Source of the DNA: an uncultured Planctomycetaceae bacterium
Lineage (GTDB): Bacteria > Planctomycetota > Planctomycetia > Isosphaerales > Isosphaeraceae
Length of the DNA: 64,000 bases
Assembly (NCBI GenBank): GCA_963833985.1
Contig: CAWIAD010000002.1
Coordinates: forward strand, 896,001 to 960,000
Direction of reading: 5' to 3'
Shown here piece after piece: positions 10,568 through 21,493 of the stretch. Numbering within the stretch: the first letter of the stretch is position 1; the number at the start of each line of letters is the position of its first letter. Made by a program: the position numbers and the translations under genes. Below the pieces are notes generated by a model. The model saw only the letters and a program-made list of their open reading frames with translations, had not been told where the DNA came from and made no database searches.

Positions 10568-13500
10568 ATGACTCCCATGTTGCGCGGCCATGTGCGTCAG
10601 TCCCGTTGCCGTTCCGGCCTGGTCTTGATGTCAGTTCTCAGTGCCTGCGGACTCGCCAGCGATACAACGTTGGCGGCTCGATTTCTCCCCCCGGATCAAC
10701 CTGGTGTGACGCAGGCTGCTCCCGCGGCCCCGCCGGCTCATGACGTGCTCTGGCTGGAGGGGGAGCAACCCTCATCCTCCAACGTGAAACTCAATCTTGC
10801 AGGCTGGGGCAACAAGCAGTTTCTCTCGGGCGAGAAATGGCTGCATCTCTCGATCAACGCCGACTCGATCGAGAACCAGGTTCCGCTGGGCGGAGGACTG
10901 GTCCGGTACGACTTTTCAATCGGGCAGGGGGGGATTCGCTCGCTCTGGGCTCGCATCGGTTTTGAGTTCGCGCGTTCATCCTTTGATTGGCGCATCGACG
11001 AGCATGCCTGGAAAACGGTCAGCCCCGAGGAGCTAACGAGCGACCTGATGGAGCTCGACTTCTTCTGCGAGGTGGCCTGGCTCAAGCTTGGCGTGTGTGA
11101 GCTGAGCCCTGGCGCGCACCGGCTCGAATTCCGCTTGCCTAGGACGAAAGATGGAAAGGGCCAGTACCAGCGGGTTCTCTTCGCCCTGGACGCGATCTGT
11201 CTCTGCTCCGGTGAGTTCCATCCCAACGGAAAGTTCCCGCCCGGTGAGGACGGGCGCGACGCCAGGGACCGTGCAGCCGAGAAGACCGAGTTTCGTCTTC
11301 CCGAGCCGGGCAGAGACCGCGTCCGATCTGTTCTTTCTCTGGACGGCCTCTGGGAGATCTGCCGGGACGATGAACAGCTGCCAGGCCCGGTTGCCGAGCC
11401 CATGAGCAAGCTTCCCGCGAGCCCCATCTGGCGTGCCATCCCGGTTCCCGGCGACAAGAACGCTCTCCGCCCTGACCTGCTCTTCGCCCACCGGGTCTGG
11501 TACCGTACGCGGCTCATGCTTCCCGCAGGCTCGTCGGGCCGATCGTGCTTCCTGGTCTTCCCCCAGAACAACCTGAATACCACGGTGTACGTGAATGGCA
11601 GGCTTTGCGGCTTCGACAAGAACCCGTTCGCCAGGGTCCAGATTGATATCAGTCAAGCGGTCCAGGCGGGCAGCAACGAGATTCTCGTCGGCATTCGCGA
11701 TGCCTGGTACGGCTACTCCGCCAGCCCCACGAACCCGATGAAGCTGCGCCGGCGCTGGAACACGCCCAGGAAATTCTTCGGCGATGGTTTCCAGGACCTG
11801 GCTTACCCGATCTGGGGCCATGCCGAGTCGGGCATCCTGGAAGCCCCGGTTCTCATATCTGCTGGCCCCACCTATATCAGCGATGTCTTCTGCAAGCCGT
11901 CGGTGGCACGCCAGGCGCTGGACGTTGAGCTCACGCTGGCCAATCCGGGTACTGAGGCCGCGGCCGGCAAGGTCGTTTGCGAAGCGGTTGATGCCAGCGG
12001 CAAGGTCGAGAAGGTTCTTGGCCCCCTGGAATTTCAACTCGATGCGGCCAGCCGGAAGACACTTGTGCTGCGAGGGATCTGGACGGCTCCGCGCCTCTGG
12101 TGGCCGGATGATCCCCAGATGTACCGACTGCGTACAACCATCAAGAATCATGACCGTGTGATCGATGTGAGCGAGACGGACTTCGGCTTCCGCGAGTGGA
12201 CGATTCGAGGCAAGGATTTCTTGCTCAATGGTATTCCCTGGCATGGCTGGGCCGATACTCATGTTCATGCCACGTCCGCGGACTGGCTCAGCTTCTACCG
12301 CGCAAGCCACCAGACGTTCATGAGGTTCTGGGGCACATCGTGGATGAACCTGGCACCCGGGCAGGCCCTGGCGTTCTTCGATCGGAATGGCGTTGTCGTG
12401 CGCCGCTCCGGAATGCTTGATGGTGAAGGTATCGGCTACATGGCGATCGAGACGGATGAGGAGCTCAGGAAAAAGTACGCCTCCGAGATCAAGGTCGAGC
12501 TGATGAACAACTGGCGTGACCAGGTCACGGCCCAGATCAAGGGCGAGCGCAATCATCCTTCGGTCATGGCGTGGTCCATCGAGAACGAATGGCTTTATAT
12601 CAACTGCATCAACCTCTACGGCGGCCTGATGGATCAATTCGAGGACGCAGTGGTCAACGTGGCGCGCGCAGTTCAGGCTATTGACCCGACCCGGCCGGTG
12701 ATGACTGATGGTGGTGGTGCGACGAAATCGAACCGGATGCCCGTACACGGTGACCACTACACGGCCGGACCATTTCCAGGCTATCCCACCCTGGCCTACA
12801 CGCCCAACACAACTGGCGGCGGCCGCGGCCGCTGGGAGTGGGACCAGAAGCGGCCGCGGTTCATTGGCGAGGAACTGTTCGCCGCCGGACATAACCCAGC
12901 CTACGCCTATTTCGGTGGTGAAGAAGTCTTTATCGGTCAGCAGTCGGCGCAGCGCGCCGTGGGGATTGCCGTCCGGATGTTGACCGAGGGCACCCGCTGG
13001 ACCGGCACCGGCGCCATCCATTTCTGGCAAGGACAGGATGCAGCGACCGGCCAGTACGTTGCGAATGCTCCGCGCGCTGTCTTCTGCCGGCAGTGGGACT
13101 GGACGTTCGGATCAGGGCAGACGGTCAGGAGGACGTTTGGCATCTTCAATGACACCCATGATGATGCGCCAATCACGTTTTCTCGCGTGCTGATGCAGAA
13201 TGGTCGCGAGGTTTACCGAAAAGCGTCCGAGCACCACGTTGCACCAGGACGCAGTGAGCGCTTCGACGAGACTTTCCGCCTGCCCGCCGTCATGAACCGG
13301 ACCGAGGGCCAGTTGACCCTGAGCCTCTCCGTACGGGGCCGGGAGGTCTTTCACGACGTCAAGAACGTGTCGGTCCTGGGACCGCCCATCCCCTCGACCA
13401 CCCTGGCGCAGTGGACTGCGGCCGACCTGGCCGTGTGTGATCCCTCAGGCATGGTGCCGCGCTTTCTTCGGGACCACGGCGTCGCGTTCACGCCGCTTGC

Positions 13501-15688
13501 CAACCTTGACCATCTGCCAGAGCGTGCGCAAGTCCTGGTGGTCGGTAGCCATGCGCTCACGGAGCCCCTGAGCACCTCGACGAGCCTTGCCGCCTTCGCG
13601 CTCAGCGGCAAGCGAGTCATCGTGCTCGAGCAAGACCACCCGCTCCATTATCAGGCGATTCAGCCAGCCGAGGTCGAGGCTGCCAGGAACCAGGGATGCA
13701 CGGCCTTCCTCGAGGACGCAACACATCCGGCCGTGCGCGGGCTTGAACACAAGGACTTCTTCACCTGGAATCCGGATGAGGCCGTCTATCGCAATGCCTA
13801 CGTCAAGCCAACACGCAACGCCCGGTCGATCATTCAGTGCCATGAGCAGCTTGCATACTCGGGCCTCATCGAGGTCCCGGTCGGCTCTGGCCTCATGCTC
13901 CTGTGCCAGCTGCGTGTGGGTGAAACGCTCCCCGCGAATGCAGTGGCCCAGCGGCTCTTGCTCAATCTGCTGGACCATGCCGCGACCTATCGTCTGGTGT
14001 TCCAGCCCGCCGTGGCCGCCGTGGACGGTGCACCCGAGCTTGCCAGGGCCCTCGAGCGGATCGGCCTGGTCCATGAACGGCGCTCCGACCCACTCCTGGC
14101 ACTGGGAACTCCGGGCGCCCGCATCGCTGTGCTTGCCGCAACACCCGCAACGCTCAGGACCCTGGCGAGCCACCCGGACCAGGTCGATGCCTTCTGCAAG
14201 ACTGGCGGCACCATCCTGTTAAACGGTCTGACGCCCGACGGCCTGAAGGATTACAACGCCCTTGTTGGGTTCAATCATATGATCCGTCCCTTTCGGCGCG
14301 AGCGGGTGACGTTTCCACCGGTCAAGCACCCGCTCATGGCTGGCCTGACTCTCGCGGACGTGGTTCTGTATTCGTCCGAGCGGATCTTCACCTGGCAAGA
14401 GGGTCGCTACGTCTCTGCCGACAGCTTTTCCTATGTGGTCGACCTTGAGGACGTCGCGCCGTTCGCGCAGTACGAGAACGACTTTGTGCGGATGATGTCC
14501 AATGGCATGACGAGCGCTGATGGTTGGAAGTATATCGTCAACGTACCGGCCCCCGATCGCCCGCCCCTGGACTTCAGGCTTGTGCTGCCTGAACCGCAGG
14601 AAATCCGCGAGGTCGAGTGGATCGGCAACACGTTCTATGATCCCGTCACGCGGTTCGAGTTGATCTTCGATGGCATAGCCAGGACCAGCTTCTCGGTCAA
14701 GCCGACGAACGATCCTCAAACGCTGACTCTGAACCCGCCCCAACGCGGCAAGACCATCACCGTGCGGCTGGCCGAATGGCAACAGATTCCGGGCAAGAAC
14801 CAGGTCACGGGGCTGGACAACATCCGGCTCCTTGCGACCCGGCCCGCCGACTTTGCCTCGAAGGTCCGGCCCATGCTCAACATCGGCGGCCTGGTTCATT
14901 ATCCTCGAGGAGCGGGAGGCATCATCCTCTGCAACCTGAAGTTCCAGGAGCATGACGACGCTCCGGAAAACCCCGAGAAGAAACGAGCAATCCTCGCGGG
15001 CCTGCTGCACAACCTGAAGGCGCGATTCGCCGGCGGCAAGACCATCATCCCAGGTGCCTGGCTGGACTACTCGTCCGTCGACCTCTCGCGGCATGCCAAC
15101 CAGTTTCGCGATGACCGCGGCTGGTTCGGCGACAGGTCGAGAACCTTTGCCGATCTGCCCACGGGCCGCCAGACCCTGGCCGGTGTGCCATTCGAGATCT
15201 ATGAGTTCCGGACCTCGCCCGTACCCAGCGTCATCATGCTTGCCGGTCCCGGTGTGCCGGGTGGCTTGAGCGACTCCATTCGAGGCATTCCGGTCGATCG
15301 GCGGGCCGATGCGCTCTTCTTCCTTCAGGCCGCACGCATCGACGTGCGACGGACCGACCAGGAGGCTCGCGAGCAGAAGGCGTTCGAGCTGGCCTGTTAC
15401 GTCATCACCTACACCGACGGCCAGACCGTGACGGTGCCAATTCGCTCCGAGATCGACGTCGACGACTACCGTCAAAAGACGCCCGTTTCCTTGCCTGGCG
15501 CCCAGCTCGCCTGGACCCGGAAATACCCGGATCGTGATGAATTTGCCACGGCCTACGTCCAGCAATGGACCAATCCCCGCCCGGACGCCGCAATCAGGGC
15601 CGTCGGGCTGGCCTATGGCAATACCCCGCGCCGGGGCGTCCCTGCGCTCATCGCCATCACCGCGGCAACCGCAAAAAAGGCCCAGTGA
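10568..15688 (+). CDS. Large multidomain GH2-like glycoside hydrolase (1706 aa), probably secreted
   Basis: LSLDGLW, VYVNG, PRLWWPDDPQMY, FGFREW...FLLNG, RNHPSVMAWSIENE (acid/base), FIGEE (likely nucleophile); long extra N- and C-terminal domains. Confidence 0.8.
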   Translation: MTPMLRGHVRQSRCRSGLVLMSVLSACGLASDTTLAARFLPPDQPGVTQAAPAAPPAHDVLWLEGEQPSSSNVKLNLAGWGNKQFLSGEKWLHLSINADSIENQVPLGGGLVRYDFSIGQGGIRSLWARIGFEFARSSFDWRIDEHAWKTVSPEELTSDLMELDFFCEVAWLKLGVCELSPGAHRLEFRLPRTKDGKGQYQRVLFALDAICLCSGEFHPNGKFPPGEDGRDARDRAAEKTEFRLPEPGRDRVRSVLSLDGLWEICRDDEQLPGPVAEPMSKLPASPIWRAIPVPGDKNALRPDLLFAHRVWYRTRLMLPAGSSGRSCFLVFPQNNLNTTVYVNGRLCGFDKNPFARVQIDISQAVQAGSNEILVGIRDAWYGYSASPTNPMKLRRRWNTPRKFFGDGFQDLAYPIWGHAESGILEAPVLISAGPTYISDVFCKPSVARQALDVELTLANPGTEAAAGKVVCEAVDASGKVEKVLGPLEFQLDAASRKTLVLRGIWTAPRLWWPDDPQMYRLRTTIKNHDRVIDVSETDFGFREWTIRGKDFLLNGIPWHGWADTHVHATSADWLSFYRASHQTFMRFWGTSWMNLAPGQALAFFDRNGVVVRRSGMLDGEGIGYMAIETDEELRKKYASEIKVELMNNWRDQVTAQIKGERNHPSVMAWSIENEWLYINCINLYGGLMDQFEDAVVNVARAVQAIDPTRPVMTDGGGATKSNRMPVHGDHYTAGPFPGYPTLAYTPNTTGGGRGRWEWDQKRPRFIGEELFAAGHNPAYAYFGGEEVFIGQQSAQRAVGIAVRMLTEGTRWTGTGAIHFWQGQDAATGQYVANAPRAVFCRQWDWTFGSGQTVRRTFGIFNDTHDDAPITFSRVLMQNGREVYRKASEHHVAPGRSERFDETFRLPAVMNRTEGQLTLSLSVRGREVFHDVKNVSVLGPPIPSTTLAQWTAADLAVCDPSGMVPRFLRDHGVAFTPLANLDHLPERAQVLVVGSHALTEPLSTSTSLAAFALSGKRVIVLEQDHPLHYQAIQPAEVEAARNQGCTAFLEDATHPAVRGLEHKDFFTWNPDEAVYRNAYVKPTRNARSIIQCHEQLAYSGLIEVPVGSGLMLLCQLRVGETLPANAVAQRLLLNLLDHAATYRLVFQPAVAAVDGAPELARALERIGLVHERRSDPLLALGTPGARIAVLAATPATLRTLASHPDQVDAFCKTGGTILLNGLTPDGLKDYNALVGFNHMIRPFRRERVTFPPVKHPLMAGLTLADVVLYSSERIFTWQEGRYVSADSFSYVVDLEDVAPFAQYENDFVRMMSNGMTSADGWKYIVNVPAPDRPPLDFRLVLPEPQEIREVEWIGNTFYDPVTRFELIFDGIARTSFSVKPTNDPQTLTLNPPQRGKTITVRLAEWQQIPGKNQVTGLDNIRLLATRPADFASKVRPMLNIGGLVHYPRGAGGIILCNLKFQEHDDAPENPEKKRAILAGLLHNLKARFAGGKTIIPGAWLDYSSVDLSRHANQFRDDRGWFGDRSRTFADLPTGRQTLAGVPFEIYEFRTSPVPSVIMLAGPGVPGGLSDSIRGIPVDRRADALFFLQAARIDVRRTDQEAREQKAFELACYVITYTDGQTVTVPIRSEIDVDDYRQKTPVSLPGAQLAWTRKYPDRDEFATAYVQQWTNPRPDAAIRAVGLAYGNTPRRGVPALIAITAATAKKAQ

Positions 15689-15863
15689 GCAAGACCGGCA
15701 GGCCCGTGCATCCTGTCGCAATCGCCATCAGTGATCCGCAAGACTTCGGCCCCGGCACTGCCCATCACGAGTCGTTTTGAACCCTCTCCCATCGTCCTCC
15801 GTCGTCCTCTCAAAAACCCTTGTGCGGTCTGGCCTTACATCAAGCCATCGGGGCATTTCCCGG

Positions 15864-15892
15864 TTGCGTGCGAGGGTGAGATCGGCTACAAT
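15864..15892 (+). promoter_or_regulatory. sigma70-type promoter upstream of gyrA
   Basis: TTGCGT (15864-15869), 17-nt spacer, TACAAT (15887-15892), about 100 nt before the gyrA start. Confidence 0.6.
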
Positions 15893-15993
15893 AAGAATCT
15901 TCGCTGAAGAGCTGGCCGTCAGGATCAAGGATCGCCCTGCGCCATCACTGGTTATCCCATGCCACCCGAGCCTTGCCGAGGGATCGATCGACC

Positions 15994-18691
15994 GTGAGTA
16001 CTGCTGAGTTACCCCCGCCTGTACCGCTTGCCCCCTTGCCGCTGGATATTGAAGAGGAGCTCAAGGAGAGCTACCTCAACTATGCCATGTCGGTGATCAT
16101 CAGCCGCGCCCTTCCCGACGTGCGCGACGGGTTGAAACCGTCACAGCGGCGGATTCTGGTCGCCATGCGCGACCTGGGTCTCAACCCCGGCGGCTCCACA
16201 AGCAAGTGTGCGGGCATCGTCGGCGAGACGATGAAGCGGTATCACCCGCACGGCGACAATTCCATCTACCCCACGCTCGCGCGCATGGCCCAGTGGTGGA
16301 ACATGCGGCATCTGCTCATCACCGGGCAGGGTAACTTCGGCAGCATCCACGGCCTGCCGCCGGCGGCCATGCGGTACACCGAGGCCAAGCTCAGCCCGGT
16401 CGCTGGCGAGATGCTCGAGGACATCAACCTCGACACGGTCGATTTTCAGCCCAACTACGATGAGAAGTACCAGGAGCCGCGGGTCCTGCCGGGGAAGTTC
16501 CCCAACCTGCTGGTCAACGGCTCCGGCGGCATCGCCGTCGGCATGGCCACATCGATCCCCCCGCACAACCTGGGCGAGGTCTGCGATGCCCTGATTGCCT
16601 TCATCAACGACCCGGAGATCGAGCTGGACGACCTGATGGAGATCCTACCCGGGCCGGATTTTCCCACCGGTGGGACGATCTGCGGCCGGATGGGCATCAA
16701 GGAAGCGTACCTGAACGGTCGCGGCCGGGTGGTGGTGCGGGCGCGCTCGAGCGTGGAAGAGCAGAAGGACGGCCGATCGCAGATCGTCTTCACCGATATC
16801 CCCTACCAGCTTACGAAGGAGCCCCTACTCAAGAAGCTGGCCGAGCTGGTCAATGGCGGCCGGATCACGGGTGTGTCCGACATCGTGGACGAGAGCGACC
16901 GGAAGCAGCCGGTGCGGATCGTGGTGAAACTGAAGAAGGGCGAGGACCCGACGGTGGTCCTGAACCAGCTCTACGAGTTCTCGCCACTCCAGGACACCTT
17001 CAGCGTGATCATGCTGGCGCTCGTGGACGGCCGGCCCAAGACCCTGGCGCTGAAGCAGCTTCTGCGGCTGTTCGTCGACCACCGCATCACGGTGATCCGC
17101 CGGCGCACCCAGTACCAGCTTCGCCAGGCCCGGCAGCGCCGCCACATCGTCGAGGGGCTGCTCATCGCGCTGCACCACATCGACGAGATCATCCGCGTGA
17201 TCCGCTCCTCCGCCAGCCCGTCCGAGGCGCGGGTCCGGCTCATGGCCATGGAGGTGTCCGCCGAGGTCCTCCGCCGCGCCCTGAACGATCCCGAGGCAAA
17301 GGCCTCAACCAGCCTCACCCGGATGCAGGCGGACGCGATCCTGGCCATGCAATTGCAACGGCTCACCGGACTGGAAGCCGACAAGCTGGCCCAGGAATAT
17401 ACGGCGCTGAAGGCTGACATCTCCGGGTATGAAGCGATCCTCGCCGATGAGGGCCTGATCCTCGAGATGATCCGGGCCGATCTCCGCGAGCTGAAAGACA
17501 AGTACGCCAACCCGCGGCGCAGGCGCCATCTCCGACGAGGAGCTCGGCGACTACGACAAGGAATCGCTGATCCGCGAGGAATACATGGTGGTGACCGTCA
17601 CGCATGACGGCTACATCAAGCGCCAGCTCCCCTCGACGTACCGTGCCCAGGGGCGCGGGGGCCGCGGCATCACGGCGACGAACACCCGTGAGGGCGACTT
17701 CCTCGAGCACATGTTCGTCGCGCTCACGCACGACTACATCTTGCTCTTCACCGACCGCGGCAAGGTGTACTGGATCAAGGTGTACGATCTGCCCATGGCC
17801 ACGCGAACCTCGGGCGGGCGGGCCATGGTCAACCTGCTCCAGCTCTCCGAGGGCGAGAAGGTGACCGGCGTGGTTCCGGTGCGCGAGTTCCGCGAGGACG
17901 AGTGCCTGATGATGGTCACCCGGCGCGGGACCGTGAAGAAGACCGAGCTGAAGGCCTTCCGCCGTCCACTGGGGCGGGGGATCATCGCCCTCGGGCTCGA
18001 CGAGGGCGATCAGCTCATCGGCGTGGCCCGGCTCAAGACAGAAGACCAGGTGATCCTCAGCACAAAGTCCGGGATGGCCATCCGGTTCGACGAGTCCGAC
18101 GTCCGCCCCATGGGACGCCCGGCGCATGGCGTCAAGGGCATCTCGCTCGATGAACAGGACGAGGTCGTAGGCATGGTGATCGCCAACGGCAATGCCGACC
18201 CGGCCAGCCTGCTGACCGTCTGCGCCAACGGGTACGGCAAGCGCACCATGCTCACCGAGTACCGGTCGCAGAACCGCGGGGGCAAGGGGCTCATCGACAT
18301 CAAGACCAGCGACCGCAACGGCTCGGTCGTGGCCGTCACCAAGGTGACCGACGCCGACGAGGTCATGCTCACCACAGCCCGCGGCCTGCTGATCCGCACC
18401 CGGGTGGCCGACACCCGCCCCATCGGTCGCAATACCCAGGGAGTTCGCCTCATCAGGCTGGACGACGGAGACACGGTGGGCAGCCTGGCCAAGCTGCCGG
18501 AAGAGGAATTGACGGCCGCGGATTCGCTCGAGACCGTCGATCAGCCACCCGACATGGTCGAGCCAGACGCTGCCGAGTCAGCGCATCTTCTGGATGATGG
18601 CGTCGCCGAGGCTGAGGCCAGCGACCATCTGGATGACGCGGACCTCAATACAGACGCAGACGCCGGCGAGCCGGACGCCGAGGAACGTTGA
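15994..18691 (+). CDS. gyrA: DNA gyrase subunit A; one extra base near 17522 (probable sequencing error)
   Basis: SRALPDVRDGLKPSQRR, YHPHGD, catalytic AAMRYTEA; CTD (17585 frame) with GyrA-box QGRGGRG, pinwheel repeats and acidic tail. Removing one base restores NPRRSAISDEEL. Confidence 0.96.
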
Positions 18692-18803
18692 CCGGAATCC
18701 CCAGTTTCCGAAACACTGCGCCCTCGACAGGAAGCTCTTGCCCGAATGCTCGCAGGCGGGTTACCCTTGCCTTCCACGAACATGAAAGGTGAGTGATCTC
18801 GGC

Positions 18804-19811
18804 ATGGAACTCTCCATCAAACGGATGCTGGTGACCGGCGGCTGCGGTTTCATCGGTGCCAACTTCATCAAGCTGGTGCTCGAGACCGAGCCGGATGTGT
18901 CGGTGACCAACCTTGACGCATTGACCTACGCCGGCAACCCGGACAACCTGGCGGACCTCAAGGACCATCCGCGCTACCACTTCGTGCATGGCGATATCGC
19001 CGATCGCGGGGCCGTGCTGGAGCTGATTGGCGAGGGCAAGTTCGACGCTCTCCTGAACTTCGCGGCCGAAAGCCACGTTGACCGCTCAATCACCGACGCC
19101 ACGCCGTTCCTGCGCACCAATGTGCTGGGAACCCAGTGCTTGCTCGACGCCGCCAGGCAAGCGCACATCCCGCGCTACTTGCAGGTCTCCACGGACGAGG
19201 TCTACGGCACGCTCAAGCGGGATGACCCGGCCTTCTCCGAATCGACCCCGCTGGCTCCCAATAGTCCATACGCCGCCAGCAAGGCCGGCGCCGATTTCCT
19301 GGTCCGTGCCGCTCACCATACCCACGGCATGAACACGGTGATCACCCGCTGCTCGAACAATTACGGCCCGTACCAGTTTCCCGAGAAGCTGATTCCGCTG
19401 TTCATCACCAACGCCCTGGCAGACATTCCGTTGCCGGTCTACGGCGATGGCATGCAGGTGCGCGACTGGATCCATGTGCGCGACCACTGCCGGGGCATCC
19501 TGGCGGCCCTGCACCACGGCCGTCCCGGTGAAGTCTACAACTTCGGCGGCCGTAGCGAGCGCTATAACATGGACGTCACCAAGGCCGTGCTCCAGCTCAC
19601 CGGAAAACCGGCAACGCTGATTCGCCATGTCACGGATCGGCCGGGCCATGACCGCCGCTATGCGGTCAACTGCTCCCGTGCCGAGGCGGAGCTGGGCTGG
19701 AAGCTGACCGTCACCTTCGAGCAGGGACTCGCCGAGACGGTGGAGTGGTACCGGGCCAACTCGAGCTGGATTGAACGCGTGCGGTCCGGTGCCTACCGGT
19801 CCTCGAGCTGA
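18804..19811 (+). CDS. rfbB: dTDP-glucose 4,6-dehydratase
   Basis: TGGCGFIG, LDALTYAGN, FAAESHVDRSI, STDEVYG, PYAASK, NNYGPYQFPEKLIP, DRPGHDRRY. Confidence 0.95.
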   Translation: MELSIKRMLVTGGCGFIGANFIKLVLETEPDVSVTNLDALTYAGNPDNLADLKDHPRYHFVHGDIADRGAVLELIGEGKFDALLNFAAESHVDRSITDATPFLRTNVLGTQCLLDAARQAHIPRYLQVSTDEVYGTLKRDDPAFSESTPLAPNSPYAASKAGADFLVRAAHHTHGMNTVITRCSNNYGPYQFPEKLIPLFITNALADIPLPVYGDGMQVRDWIHVRDHCRGILAALHHGRPGEVYNFGGRSERYNMDVTKAVLQLTGKPATLIRHVTDRPGHDRRYAVNCSRAEAELGWKLTVTFEQGLAETVEWYRANSSWIERVRSGAYRSSS

Positions 19812-19899
19812 CCGCAGCGGATCGCGTCCGATCGCATCGCGGTGCAACGCGGATCAATGGCGGAATGGCCAGCGCCAACGCAGAGGAGCGGGCAGTCCA

Positions 19900-20865
19900 G
19901 TGCGAGTGCTTGTGACGGGTGTCTCGGGCTTTGTGGGTGGGCATCTCTGCGAGCACCTCGTGACCGCGGGGGATCTTGTCGTCGGCATCTCCGCCAAGGG
20001 CCGCTGGCCGGAGGCGCTGGCCCACCTGAGCCGATCGGTGCGGATCGAGGCGTGCGACCTGGCCGACATCGAGGAAGCACAGCTTGCCGACTTGCTGCGC
20101 CGCAAGCAGCCGCAAGTGATCTACCATCTGGCCGCACAGCCCAACCCCCATGCCAGCCTGACTGATCCACGTGGCACCTGGGCGATCAATCTTGGCGGCA
20201 CCCTGAACCTGCTCGAGGCCGTGAAGCGCGCCGCACTCGAACCGGCACCGCGTGTGATCGTGGTCAGCTCCGGGGTCTGCTACGGCAATCCCGCACCGGA
20301 GCACCTGCCGGTCAGCGAGAACTGCCCGCTCAGGCCGAACAACCCTTATGCGGCGAGCAAGGCCGCGGCGGACCTTCTGGGCATTCAGCACCATCTGACC
20401 CACGGCACGGACACGGTCATGGTCCGCCCATTCAATCACGCCGGCCCGCGCCAGTCGCCCACTTACGTGCTGGCGGCACTGGCCCACCAGGTGGCGGAAG
20501 TTGAGGCGGGACGCAAGACTCAGGTCGAGGTTGGGAACCTTGAGGTCATTCGCGATTTCACCGACGTGCGCGACGTGGTCCGTGGCTATCGCTTGTTAGC
20601 GCAGCACGGAAAGCCAGGCGAGATCTATAACCTTGGCTCGGGCCGTGGAACCAAGCTTGCTGATGCGCTCAACCTTCTCATCGCGTCCTCCCGGACCAAC
20701 GTCGAGGTGCATGTCGATCCGGCACGAGTCCGACCGGTCGACCAGCCCCTGCTTGTGGCTGATGCCGCCAGACTTCGCACGGCCACGGGCTGGGAGCCGG
20801 CCTATAGCATGGAGCAAACCCTCGTTGACATGCTCGACCATTGCCGCCGGCAACTCGCCAGCTAG
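19900..20865 (+). CDS. NAD-dependent nucleotide-sugar reductase/dehydratase (GDP-4-keto-6-deoxymannose reductase Rmd-like)
   Basis: GTG start after GAGGAG; TGVSGFVG, HLAAQ, PYAASK, RPFNHAGPRQ, VGNL...RDFTDVRDVV. Confidence 0.8.
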   Translation: MRVLVTGVSGFVGGHLCEHLVTAGDLVVGISAKGRWPEALAHLSRSVRIEACDLADIEEAQLADLLRRKQPQVIYHLAAQPNPHASLTDPRGTWAINLGGTLNLLEAVKRAALEPAPRVIVVSSGVCYGNPAPEHLPVSENCPLRPNNPYAASKAAADLLGIQHHLTHGTDTVMVRPFNHAGPRQSPTYVLAALAHQVAEVEAGRKTQVEVGNLEVIRDFTDVRDVVRGYRLLAQHGKPGEIYNLGSGRGTKLADALNLLIASSRTNVEVHVDPARVRPVDQPLLVADAARLRTATGWEPAYSMEQTLVDMLDHCRRQLAS

Positions 20866-20880
20866 TCGAGGAGCACCGCC

Positions 20881-21321
20881 ATGCTGCCGGATCTCACCCA
20901 GACGCTGCTCGCAGCGAAGTCTCAGAAGGGTTTGACCTTCCACCAGCTTGCCCAGGCGGTGGGCTGTAATCCGGTATGGCTCGCGGCAGTCTGCTATCGC
21001 CAGGCGAGCCCCAGCCAGGACCAGGCTATGAAGCTGCTCGACGCCCTGGGGCTGAACCACACACTGGCCTCCGAGCTGACGAGCTTCCCCGTCAAGGGAG
21101 GACTCGGACCAGCCGTTCCCACCGATCCGCTCATCTATCGCTTCTACGAGATCATGCAAGTCTACGGCCTGCCGCTCAAGGACGTGATCCAGGAGATGTT
21201 CGGCGACGGCATCATGAGCGCGATCGACTTCACCGTAAACGTCGAGCAGGAAGACGACCCCGGGGGCGATCGGGTCAAGATCACCATGTCGGGCAAGTTC
21301 CTGCCGTACAAGCGGTGGTGA
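20881..21321 (+). CDS. cynS: Cyanate hydratase (cyanase)
   Basis: [31 protein letters not shown]. Confidence 0.95.
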   Translation: MLPDLTQTLLAAKSQKGLTFHQLAQAVGCNPVWLAAVCYRQASPSQDQAMKLLDALGLNHTLASELTSFPVKGGLGPAVPTDPLIYRFYEIMQVYGLPLKDVIQEMFGDGIMSAIDFTVNVEQEDDPGGDRVKITMSGKFLPYKRW

Positions 21322-21493
21322 AGCGGCGCGCTGACCCTGCCTGCGGCATCGCTATCCAGCGTGCGCCACCGCGTGCTTGTTCCAGAGGAATGCGGCTCTT
21401 ATGATTGGCGGGCAATCCGTAGCGGCCGGCCTCGATCTTTCAGGTCCCAGCGGAACCCATCAGCGCACGCTTGCTGGAAGGGAAGCGACTGTC

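Noticed and set aside
11033..15721. Long antisense ORFs (11033..13030, 14219..15721; likewise 38376..40064, 40378..41664, 47425..48825)
   Set aside because: They shadow well-supported genes on the opposite strand, carry no recognisable motifs, and are expected in high-GC DNA
17510..17607. Split gyrA as a programmed frameshift, natural two-gene split or pseudogene
   Set aside because: No slippery sequence; removing one base restores a normal GyrA; similar indels occur in seven unrelated genes, so an error is more likely
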